Assembly (NCBI GenBank): GCA_021650915.1
Contig: CP091279.1
Coordinates: 1,980,001-2,012,000, forward strand
From: Candidatus Brocadia sp.
Lineage (GTDB): Bacteria; Planctomycetota; Brocadiia; Brocadiales; Brocadiaceae
Direction of reading: 5' to 3'
DNA length: 32,000 bases
The position numbers were made by a program, and so were the translations under genes. The notes under the pieces are model-generated. The model made no database searches. It was given only the letters and a program-made list of their open reading frames with translations, and was not told the DNA's origin. How positions within the stretch are numbered: the first letter of the stretch is position 1; every line of letters starts with the position of its first letter. Shown piece after piece: positions 1 through 7,331 of this stretch.

Positions 1-334
1 GGGAGGCCATAACCCTGGGTGCATGGTTTGTTCGAATCGGGGAGCGGTCTTCATCAAAGGTGACATCACGAACGTAATGGAGGCTGTTTTCAATACTCCA
101 ATGTCCCCGGTTCAAGCGGAGTATGCGGGCAGGGTCTGCCTTTTGTTGCGTAAGGCTGGTAATGCCATAGACCGTTTCTTCGGTTGTTTTTTGGGATTTG
201 AGGTAGGTAAATTTTCTGTGGATACAAAAGACCTGTCCAACCAAGGGGAATGCAAGGTAATGGTTTAAATCGGCGCTGGTCCAGACCTGGCGGATTTCAA
301 TGCGTCCGTGATGTTTGTCGATGGTTTTGTGCTG
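1..334 (-). CDS. IS transposase, C-terminal DDE segment in the shifted frame (partial, runs off the window)
   Basis: Mirror of 14062-14395 in copy B, which reads QHKTIDKHHGRIEIRQVW...VYGITSL...NRGHWSIENSLHYVRDVTFDEDRS, the conserved C-terminus of ISAs1 transposases. Confidence 0.7.
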
Positions 335-1664
335 AGGGGGGAAAAGAGACCAGGCGGAGGTCTTCGATATGTTGTCTGAGAGTGGGTTGGTTGTCTTTTA
401 CGGTAAAGAGGTAATCGGCTTTCTTGTCTTCAACGAGATACCGCGCCGTCTCTTTTTGGGTATGCAGGGCATCGAGAGTGACCACCTTGTCCTTGATGTC
501 TAAGGGGTCAAGGAGGGTTTTCAGCGTTGGGATTTCGTTGGTTTTCTGGTCAACGGGACATTGGGCGATAACGACGCCTTTTTGCTGGAGAAAGGCAGAG
601 AGGAGATGGATTTTCTGCCCGTTTTCCTGGTATGCGCCCTTGAGGGTCTTCCCGTCAATGGCAATGGCGGTATCTTCTCCGGCAAGGGACTGAAGCCAGC
701 CGTAGAGGGCCGTATCTACCGCTTCGGCATCAACGTCTTGCAGGAACCTGCGGATGGTAGGTTCGCTGGGAGGTTCATAGATGCCGGTCTTTGGGTTCAG
801 ACGACAGCCGAGACGTTTGAGCATATTTTGACTGCATGATTTTGCCCACTCAGCGATAGCGGCAAAGCTTGTGGCAGAACACAGCAGGGCGCAAAGAGAA
901 AGGGTCATGACGGAGAGCTTTCTGTGTCGTTTGCCGCGTGATAGACGGGGATCAGGAATCTGGGATAATCGTTCTTTCAGTGATTCAGCATCTTTCAGAG
1001 AAAGGCGCATCGGTTTTACCTCCTTTGGGGTGTTTCGGGTTTCGAGATACGGTTCAGAGAGTTTTCTTTTCCCATCGGGAAGAACAGGACGAACAAAGAC
1101 CATCTTGGGTTGGTTGTGGGAATAATACCGGTGAGCGCATTTTGCAAACCCGCGGGTATATCCCAGAAACTCCCAGCCCTGGGCCTTGTAACAGGTGCCC
1201 TTGAAAGAGCGCGGATCGACAAAGGTCTCTGCAAGATAGATCGGATGGTTATAGATGGTTTGCCAGTCCCGGGATAATCGTTTGAGATTCCGGGCGAGGA
1301 CATAAGAGGCAAGGTTGGGTATACGGACATGAGGGAAGATCAGGAAACGACTGTTATTGGCAACAAAAGACAACCGCCGGTACTGAAGAAAGCAAGGCCA
1401 TCCTATCCAGCGGTCTCGTACCTTGCATTTGAGCGCCGCTGCTGACCATCCGATCAAGGCAAGCCATTGTCCCTGGTGTATCGCCAGATACCGGATGCTT
1501 TCCCCGATCAGAGAGTGAAGCCCAGGATAATGGTATTGGCGCATGAGTTCGTCCCATCGGGTTCGTTCTTCCCGACGGATGGGTCTTACTTCAATGCCGT
1601 GAAGACCGCCCGATGGTACTACGCTTTTTCGTGTCTCTTCATGGTTCATGAATCTATTATACAA
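297..1664 (-). CDS. IS transposase, upstream reading frame (DUF4338-like domain, ISAs1 DDE_Tnp_1-associated region, first part of the DDE domain)
   Basis: 455-aa ORF. The N-terminal ~200 aa carry DUF4338-like motifs (RWIGW, NNSRFLI, LAETFVD, YKAQGW). These are followed by IPDPR..RGKRH...FAAIAEWA and IAIDGKTLKG / LDALHTQ, typical of ISAs1/H-repeat transposases. The frame ends just after a G6 run at 336-341. Confidence 0.8.
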   Translation of the reverse strand: MYNRFMNHEETRKSVVPSGGLHGIEVRPIRREERTRWDELMRQYHYPGLHSLIGESIRYLAIHQGQWLALIGWSAAALKCKVRDRWIGWPCFLQYRRLSFVANNSRFLIFPHVRIPNLASYVLARNLKRLSRDWQTIYNHPIYLAETFVDPRSFKGTCYKAQGWEFLGYTRGFAKCAHRYYSHNQPKMVFVRPVLPDGKRKLSEPYLETRNTPKEVKPMRLSLKDAESLKERLSQIPDPRLSRGKRHRKLSVMTLSLCALLCSATSFAAIAEWAKSCSQNMLKRLGCRLNPKTGIYEPPSEPTIRRFLQDVDAEAVDTALYGWLQSLAGEDTAIAIDGKTLKGAYQENGQKIHLLSAFLQQKGVVIAQCPVDQKTNEIPTLKTLLDPLDIKDKVVTLDALHTQKETARYLVEDKKADYLFTVKDNQPTLRQHIEDLRLVSFPPSAQNHRQTSRTH

Positions 1665-2148
1665 GAACCATTTTGAAAAAGTCAGTTTATTCCTTTTCTT
1701 TTTTACGTGTCAGTACTTGCGCTTATACTTGACGTAGCCCTGATATGTCACGGTACTAATCGTTTTCGTTTGCGATTACATTTTTGCCACTTTTTGTTGA
1801 TAAGGATGTCCTGCCTTTCTTGCATTCCCCGTTTACCTCCAGTATTGTTGAAAGCCTGCCTGAGTGCAATTCTGACTCGAAGTAAGGGTTTTTATTAATT
1901 GTCAGAAACTCACCCACCTTTTTTACAAAGAGAACCCCGTCTTTTTCCAATCGTTACCGTTCATTCCATAAACAGATTTCCACATCTTCTTTTCGTCGAT
2001 TGTGATTACGAATAATCCACCCCTGATTCCAGAGATTCGTTAGGCTTTGAAATTCACCACGGCAATACATCCTCCCCTATTTTTAAATATTTTTGTCACC
2101 TTCTTATTTCTTAAAGCGATGGAATGATTACATGCATAGGAATTTCAA

Positions 2149-2383
2149 GGTTGCGGTTGTAGAGCGACGAGGTTCGTCGCTCTGCATCGAGAAGGGCACC
2201 AAGGGTCTCATTGAAGAGACCCTGTCGCAGCACAGCCGCAACCAAATTTCCTTGATGAAAGCGGGGAGATTGCTTCGGAAAAGGCCCTCGCAATGACACC
2301 GGCCATGCACTTTGATGGCACACGGCACGTTGTCATTGCGAGCACATTCGATGTGCTCAGGGTATAAACTCCGCGAAGCAATC
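2149..2383. ncRNA. Helix-rich non-coding element (candidate structured RNA or REP/MITE-like element); strand unknown
   Basis: Nested complementary segments. 2149-2160 pairs with 2232-2243 (12 bp, one G-U) and encloses hairpins 2161-2183 (10-bp stem) and 2203-2222 (7-bp stem). 2268-2277 pairs with 2374-2383 (10 bp) and encloses the perfect 12-bp pair 2287-2298/2331-2342, an inner 5-bp hairpin 2302-2319, and hairpin 2340-2358. Only short overlapping ORFs occur here. Confidence 0.3.
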
Positions 2384-2883
2384 CTTCACTCACAAAAAAC
2401 GGCGCCTCCTGAAAGGGGCACCCAATGCAAGGCGCTGTGGGTTGAGTTATAACTTTTTCTAAAAGTGTGTCACGTTTTAAAAAGCCGTTTCGATATGTAA
2501 TATAGAGAACGCACTATCTGAAAAGACATGGTATCTGTGTGGTATGAAAGGCAAAAAATATTTCCTATTGCCTGTCACAGTTTTATTTCTGAGTGCGATA
2601 TACAAGATAGGAAAAATGCTGAGAAGAGGAAAACATTTTCCGTGTACTTCTCTAAAGGAGCAGGAAGCTTCTCAATATTTCCTAAATTGCGTTAAACAGC
2701 AGGCATTTTATTCTTTCTGTATGCAGAATGATCTTTAATTTCTCAAGGAGAAAAAAGCTCTTGTAGGCATGGCGAGCCAAACAAAAAGTATTCTAACGTT
2801 TTTACACATTTGTAGTGCATAGGTACGGATATATATACTCAAGATGCTCATAAAATGTGAATTTTAAATTGATAATAAGGTGG

Positions 2884-2908
2884 CACGGACAAACTCTGTT
2901 TGTCCGTG
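2884..2908. other. Perfect 11-bp stem / 3-nt loop hairpin
   Basis: CACGGACAAAC-TCT-GTTTGTCCGTG, 75 nt upstream of the 2984 start codon. No U-tract follows on either strand, so it is not a canonical terminator. Confidence 0.5.
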
Positions 2909-2983
2909 TTGACCTACTATAAATCACAAATTGTGAGCCTGTGGAGTATCGTTTGTCTGTTTTTTTAGAAAGGAGTTGTCATT

Positions 2984-4792
2984 ATGAATATAACGAGAAT
3001 GTATTTAAATTTGGCCATCGTCGTATTATTGTTTTATCCAATGCTTTCGTTTGGAAAAGACTGGAGATTCCCGGCAAATAAACTTCTACATCAAACGGGA
3101 CGTAAAGAACAATTTAAGCGTGACGATGCAACATGCTGTGGATGGTCTGCAAATACTATCCTGGATATGCCAGGTTATCTTACTTATGGCCCTTACATCA
3201 ATGTATTACCAGAGGGTAAGTATGCCGTACATTTTACTCTTTTTGTTGACAATAATTCTGCAGACAATTTGGTGGTCGCTTCTATAGATGTTTACGATTC
3301 TACTGTAGATAAAATTCTGGATATCAAGCATATTCGCCGAAAGGAATTTGATGCGCCATTTACAGAAAAGATATTTTCGCTTTATTACCAACAATTAGCA
3401 GGGCATACGATTGAATTTCGCACGTACTTCCATCGCACGAGTTATCTGTTTCAGCGTGATGTTGTTGTGCAATCTCCAGATGCCCCGAAAAAACTTTCTG
3501 ATGGTTTTTGCTACGATGAAATGCAAATAACTGCAATCTATCGTAATGGGATCGATCATTGCAAATCTGTTTATTTGGTCGCCAATTGCGGAAAAGCAGA
3601 TGGTGTTGGCGTAAATATACACTCATACGATTCCTTTGGTGGTGTTATGAATGATTCCTCAGATTGCAGTTGCGAAGGTAGTCCATTTTCTTTTGATTTT
3701 ACGGAACTGTCTCAAAGCAGATTGTGGTTTCGTGCTACATTTGGACCCGCTCAACGCAACTATGATTTGGTAAATTTAGCTTTTGATTTTGAGAAGGATT
3801 TCATTGACAGTTTTCAGTTTGATGGTGACAGGTATTATCTTAACGATGCTAAGAGTCCAATCTACAAATCAGGGGATACATACAATAATATTCCTAAGGT
3901 ATACGACATAACAGGTTTGGAGGGAGATAAAAATGTAGGTGTTGCCAAGATTAAGTCTCATGCTTCGTGGGGAGAAGTAACTGGTCCATATGGTGCAGTA
4001 CGGATTACAATAACAAACGCATCCCCTTATTCCTTGCACTTTCACCATCATGATGGAACCAACAATATGGATATACAATTTGGAAGGGTTGAATATGGAG
4101 ATACGGTTTTTGTCGAAGGTGAAATTGTGATTTCAGACGGCACAGCTATTTTGCAGAATGAAAATGATTCGGATTTAAACGTAGTGGGTGATTATCTGTT
4201 TTCTTGTGATTTAGACAATGATAGTCAACATGATAAAATCGCCTGGCGTTCATCTGATGGGACATGGTTTTACAAATTATCATCCGAAAATTTTCAAATA
4301 ATCCATAGCACACAATGGGGTCTTCCCAACGATATACCCTTTGTTGATGATTTTAATGGAGACAGGATCACAGACTTTGTAGTGTATCGTGAGAATGGAG
4401 ACTTTCCTATTTGGGCGCTTTTGTATGATTACACAAAAAGCTGGGGAGCGACGGATAACTATGAAATTAAGCAGTGGGGTTTAAAAGGCGATATTCCCGT
4501 ACCGGCTGATTTCAATAAGGATGGAAAAGCAGAAATTACGGTATGGCGCTCCAGTGAAGGTAACTGGTATGTTTTGAATAGTGGTACATTTGAAGATAAT
4601 GACTGGTATGTTGTTCAATGGGGTTTGCCGGAAGACAAGCCATTTTCTGCCGACATCGATAATGATGGGTTTGCTGATATGTGTGTGTGGCGCAATAGTA
4701 CGAAAATGTATTATTTTATCCCCTCTTCTGGTTCATGTCCTGCTGGCACCCAACAACACCGGCAGGGATGTGAAACAGATTCGTTGAAGTAA
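2984..4792 (+). CDS. Secreted protein with four C-terminal FG-GAP/VCBS-like repeats and an unrecognised N-terminal region
   Basis: AGGAG RBS 9 nt upstream. Signal-peptide-like N-terminus (MNITRMYLNLAIVVLLFYPMLSFG). The C-terminal ~190 aa contain four D-x-[DN]-x-D-G...W/Y-R...W-Y units (DLDNDSQHDKIAWRSSDGTWFY, DDFNGDRITDFVVYR, ADFNKDGKAEITVWRSSEGNWYV, ADIDNDGFADMCVWRN). Confidence 0.75.
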   Translation: MNITRMYLNLAIVVLLFYPMLSFGKDWRFPANKLLHQTGRKEQFKRDDATCCGWSANTILDMPGYLTYGPYINVLPEGKYAVHFTLFVDNNSADNLVVASIDVYDSTVDKILDIKHIRRKEFDAPFTEKIFSLYYQQLAGHTIEFRTYFHRTSYLFQRDVVVQSPDAPKKLSDGFCYDEMQITAIYRNGIDHCKSVYLVANCGKADGVGVNIHSYDSFGGVMNDSSDCSCEGSPFSFDFTELSQSRLWFRATFGPAQRNYDLVNLAFDFEKDFIDSFQFDGDRYYLNDAKSPIYKSGDTYNNIPKVYDITGLEGDKNVGVAKIKSHASWGEVTGPYGAVRITITNASPYSLHFHHHDGTNNMDIQFGRVEYGDTVFVEGEIVISDGTAILQNENDSDLNVVGDYLFSCDLDNDSQHDKIAWRSSDGTWFYKLSSENFQIIHSTQWGLPNDIPFVDDFNGDRITDFVVYRENGDFPIWALLYDYTKSWGATDNYEIKQWGLKGDIPVPADFNKDGKAEITVWRSSEGNWYVLNSGTFEDNDWYVVQWGLPEDKPFSADIDNDGFADMCVWRNSTKMYYFIPSSGSCPAGTQQHRQGCETDSLK

Positions 4793-4813
4793 ATAACATC
4801 GATCAATAATAGG

Positions 4814-4918
4814 AAGGATGGGATTTTGCAGGTATAGAATAGAGTTAATCGCCCAGTGAAGAATGGGTGGTAAAATGATCCTGTAAGTAAATCTGATGTC
4901 TGCAAAATACCCATCCTT
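4814..4918 (+). ncRNA. Clamped stem-loop element immediately upstream of the RT gene (candidate RT-associated RNA or regulatory structure)
   Basis: AAGGATGGGATTTTGCAG (4814-4831) is complementary to CTGCAAAATACCCATCCTT (4900-4918): 18 bp with one bulged base. It encloses 68 nt that include an inner CGCCCA/TGGGTG hairpin. The element ends 59 nt before the RT ATG. Confidence 0.35.
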
Positions 4919-4976
4919 ATGGATATTCGCGAATTTGCGGTGTCAATTTTATAGTGAATGTTTAAGGAGGGTAATT

Positions 4977-5888
4977 ATGTTTTGGAAGAGAAATAATCTT
5001 TACAACGATATTCATACGGACCAGAATTTAACGGCTGCCTGGAACGCTATAAAATCAAATGGCAAGGTAGCTGGTGTTGATGGTATTAGTGTCCAGCACT
5101 ATCAGGGGAATCTGTTCTTAAATCTGAAATTGCTGCAAAGGGAATTAGAAGAAAGGACCTATTCACCGCAGCCAATTAAAAGGTTTAGTTTTACTAAGGC
5201 GGATGGCTCAAAACGCATGCTTGGAATCCTGACCGTAAGGGACAAGATTGTACAAAGGGCATTGTATCAGGTAATCGAGCCAATATTTGAGAGGTCATTC
5301 GAGGATATCAGCTATGGGTACAGAAAAAACAGAAGTGTAACTGAGGCGATTGAGCATCTGAAGGGTTATATTGATCAGGGAAACCACTGGATTGCCCACG
5401 GTGATATTGCGCGGTTTTTTGATAATATTGATACCGTTCAGTTAGGGAAACAGATAACAAGAAAGATTGACAATCAAATGATATTGCATCTGATCCACGG
5501 ATGGCTTGATCAGGAAGGCGCTTTTTCCAAAACTGAGGCAGCGCCAGTAAGGAAAAAAGGGATTTTGCAGGGTGGCATCCTGTCGCCTCTTTTCGGGAAT
5601 ATCTATCTTGACTGTTTTGATAAAAAAGCCACTGCGCAAGGACTCAATATTGTCCGGTATGCCGACAACGTAATCCTGATTGCAGAAAACCGGTGTGAGG
5701 CAAAAAAGGGCGTAAATCAGATACGACAGTTATTGAGGGAGGCAGACCTGCATTTAAACGAAAGAAAGACAATTATTACCCATTTAGAGAATGGTATTAC
5801 CCTCCTTGGGAAGAGGCTGATCCTGTGTAAGCATGGCAAGGAGGTAACGTTGTCAATTCAGGACGCACAAAAACCACAGCTTCGATGA
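4977..5888 (+). CDS. Reverse transcriptase, group-II-intron-like / CRISPR-associated type, short form without a thumb/X domain
   Basis: ATG at 4977 is preceded by AAGGAGG, so the ORF-track start at 4896 is probably an extension. RT motifs are in order: SPQPIKRFSFTKADGSKRMLGI, RDKIVQRAL, GDIARFFDNI, GILQGGILSPLFGNIYL, VRYADNVILI (YADN, not YADD), LHLNERKT, ITLLGKR. The protein ends about 20 aa after the last motif. Confidence 0.85.
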   Translation: MFWKRNNLYNDIHTDQNLTAAWNAIKSNGKVAGVDGISVQHYQGNLFLNLKLLQRELEERTYSPQPIKRFSFTKADGSKRMLGILTVRDKIVQRALYQVIEPIFERSFEDISYGYRKNRSVTEAIEHLKGYIDQGNHWIAHGDIARFFDNIDTVQLGKQITRKIDNQMILHLIHGWLDQEGAFSKTEAAPVRKKGILQGGILSPLFGNIYLDCFDKKATAQGLNIVRYADNVILIAENRCEAKKGVNQIRQLLREADLHLNERKTIITHLENGITLLGKRLILCKHGKEVTLSIQDAQKPQLR

Positions 5889-5933
5889 GCAGCGGTGCAC
5901 AGGAGAGTAACAAATGCAATCGGAGGAGATGAC

Positions 5934-6923
5934 ATGGGCATTGTATATATTATAGAGCAGGGGGCAACCATTACCAAAGCAGATGGCCGCCTGGTGGTAA
6001 GAAAAGATAGCCGGGTGCTTGAGGATATGCCGTCTAAGGATGTTGAACGGCTGGTTATCTTTGGAAACGTGCATATTACAACACCGGCAATGAAGTATCT
6101 CCTGGAAAGTGGCGCCGATGTAAGTTTTTTCAGCATCCACGGGAACTACAAGGGCCGTCTTCAGCCAAGGCTTTGCAGTGATGCGGAATTGAGACGGTTG
6201 CAATACCAAAAATCCTCCCACAGGGAAACGTGTCTGGAGGTAAGCAAAGCGTTCGTTTCCGCCAAATTAAGGAATATGGAAACATTCCTGAAGCGGCAAA
6301 AAAGAAAAACGGCACAGGCGCTGAGCGCCCTTGATACCATAAAACAGGGTTTGCTTGATATACAAAACGTACCCGACATCCATTCCTTGAGAGGGTATGA
6401 AGGCAGCTCTTCAGCAAGGTATTACAAAGCATTGAGCAGTCTGTTGCAAAAGGATTTTCAGTTTCAAAAGCGTACGCGCCGTCCGCCTGCCGATGAGGCA
6501 AACGTTCTTCTGAGCCTTGGATATACCCTCCTGTTTAACAGGGTGTATGGAGCGCTTAACGTTGTGGGACTTGACCCATACCAGGGGATGTACCATCTTG
6601 CAGATCGCGGGCACGCAACGCTGGCCTCTGATTTTATGGAGGAATTTCGTGTGCTCATTGTTGATTCTGTAGTGCTTCTCCTTGTAAACACCCGAGAAAT
6701 TACCGTAAAGGATTTCTCCCATAGCCAGGGGAATATTATGTTAACCCATGATGGGCTGAAGAAAGCCCTGTCGCGCTTCGAGGATAAGATGAATACCGTA
6801 ATAATGCACACAAGAATTTCAATGCGGGTATCGTATCAGCAATGTATCGAAATACAGGCAAGGCAGTTTGCCAGGTTCATTCGTGGTCATGATACAGCCT
6901 ATATGCCTTTTGTATTGCAATAA
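5934..6923 (+). CDS. cas1: CRISPR-associated endonuclease/integrase Cas1
   Basis: GGAGGAG RBS 5 nt before ATG 5934. Cas1-typical features: N-terminal beta-domain (VYIIEQGATITKADGRLVV), RGYEGSSSARYY, RRPPADEANVLLSLGYTLL, GMYHLADRGHATLASDFMEEFR. The candidate catalytic E/H/D residues are present. Confidence 0.9.
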   Translation: MGIVYIIEQGATITKADGRLVVRKDSRVLEDMPSKDVERLVIFGNVHITTPAMKYLLESGADVSFFSIHGNYKGRLQPRLCSDAELRRLQYQKSSHRETCLEVSKAFVSAKLRNMETFLKRQKRKTAQALSALDTIKQGLLDIQNVPDIHSLRGYEGSSSARYYKALSSLLQKDFQFQKRTRRPPADEANVLLSLGYTLLFNRVYGALNVVGLDPYQGMYHLADRGHATLASDFMEEFRVLIVDSVVLLLVNTREITVKDFSHSQGNIMLTHDGLKKALSRFEDKMNTVIMHTRISMRVSYQQCIEIQARQFARFIRGHDTAYMPFVLQ

Positions 6924-6950
6924 GTCGGTAACACAGCGGAGAACGTTTCA

Positions 6951-6968
6951 GTCCCTGCCGGCAGGGAC
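6951..6968. other. Perfect 18-nt palindrome (8-bp stem hairpin) in the cas1-cas2 spacer
   Basis: GTCCCTGCCGGCAGGGAC, preceded by GTTTCA. An A-rich tract follows rather than a T-tract. Confidence 0.5.
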
Positions 6969-7010
6969 GCCTTCTCGGACAAAACAAAAAACCTTCATCA
7001 GGGGGCAACG

Positions 7011-7295
7011 ATGAACAAGCTTTTCACCGTAGTGGCCTATGATATATCAGATGACAAGAGAAGAACAAAATTGCACCAGGCGCTGAAAAAGTATGGAAAG
7101 GCAGTTCAATTCAGTGCGTTTGAATGTTTGGTAACCGCAAAAGAGTTTGCAGGGATGATTGGGACAATACATGGTCTTTTAAAAAAGGAGGAAGATAAAT
7201 TGCGTATTTATACCTTGTGTGATGGTTGCTACAAAGGAATAAAAAATTTAGGCACTGGCGAGATAGCAAAAGAACGACATACGGTTGTCGTTTAA
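7011..7295 (+). CDS. cas2: CRISPR-associated endoribonuclease Cas2
   Basis: 94 aa. Contains FTVVAYDISDDKRRTKL...VQFSAFEC...LRIY, the classic Cas2 ferredoxin-fold signature with the N-terminal Asp. Confidence 0.9.
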   Translation: MNKLFTVVAYDISDDKRRTKLHQALKKYGKAVQFSAFECLVTAKEFAGMIGTIHGLLKKEEDKLRIYTLCDGCYKGIKNLGTGEIAKERHTVVV

Positions 7296-7331
7296 GGTAT
7301 TTTGTTGTTTTTATTGATGTGGAGGGAATCG

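Larger units (their letters stand above)
1..1742 (-). mobile_element. IS copy A: ISAs1-family insertion sequence whose transposase has an N-terminal DUF4338-like domain; the outer end lies beyond the window start
   Basis: The reverse complement of 1-1742 matches 12654-14395 almost base for base, with only a handful of substitutions. The inner end is placed where the two copies stop matching (CAGG[G/T]CTACGTCAAGTATAA...). Confidence 0.85.

Noticed and set aside
30-50. tRNA T-arm-like string GGTTTGTTCGAATCGGGG.
   Set aside because: It lies inside the transposase coding sequence (complement encodes SPIRTNH) and no cloverleaf can be built around it. I saw no tRNA or rRNA genes in the window.
23-268. 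81-aa plus-strand ORF at the window start (mirror at 14128..14373).
   Set aside because: It is antisense to the conserved C-terminal DDE segment of the transposase (HWSIENSLHYVRDVTFDED), which explains the open frame.
424-1676. Short ORFs overlapping the IS transposase on both strands (424..693, 561..839, 871..1125, 938..1204, 1016..1330, 1354..1557, 1467..1676) and their mirror images in 12720-13972.
   Set aside because: They lie entirely within or opposite a recognisable transposase frame and have low-complexity or Arg/Ser/Pro-rich composition. They recur only because the IS itself is duplicated.
2149-2383. Retron msr-msd interpretation of the helix-rich element.
   Set aside because: It is 2.6 kb from the RT with a 1.8-kb secreted-protein gene in between, whereas retron ncRNAs are adjacent to their RT. 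The 4814-4918 element is the better-placed candidate for an RT-linked RNA.
2093-2393. Four overlapping 61-70-aa ORFs on both strands, plus small ORFs 1707..1898, 1756..1950 and 2544..2738.
   Set aside because: They have no RBS and no recognisable domains. The 2093-2393 set coincides with the helix-rich element, whose inverted repeats generate open frames on both strands. 1756..1950 (minus) could be a gene fragment truncated by the IS, but nothing supports that.
2909-2940. Promoter-like TTGACC ... TATAAA, and a CACAA-A-TTGTG palindrome upstream of the 2984 gene.
   Set aside because: The hexamer spacing is only 3 nt, so this is not a sigma70-type promoter. The 5-bp palindrome arms are too short to call an operator without other evidence.
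4896-4976. N-terminal extensions suggested by the ORF track: RT from 4896, Cas1 from 5895, DUF2000 from 7302, peroxidase to 27725, pfk to 31897.
   Set aside because: In each case an internal ATG has a good Shine-Dalgarno sequence and matches where the protein family begins. The extensions overlap upstream genes or structured or non-coding sequence.
5853-6811. Minus-strand ORFs inside cas1 (5853..6221, 5858..6136, 6130..6501, 6411..6722, 6464..6811).
   Set aside because: They are antisense to a confidently identified Cas1 and have no domains or RBS.
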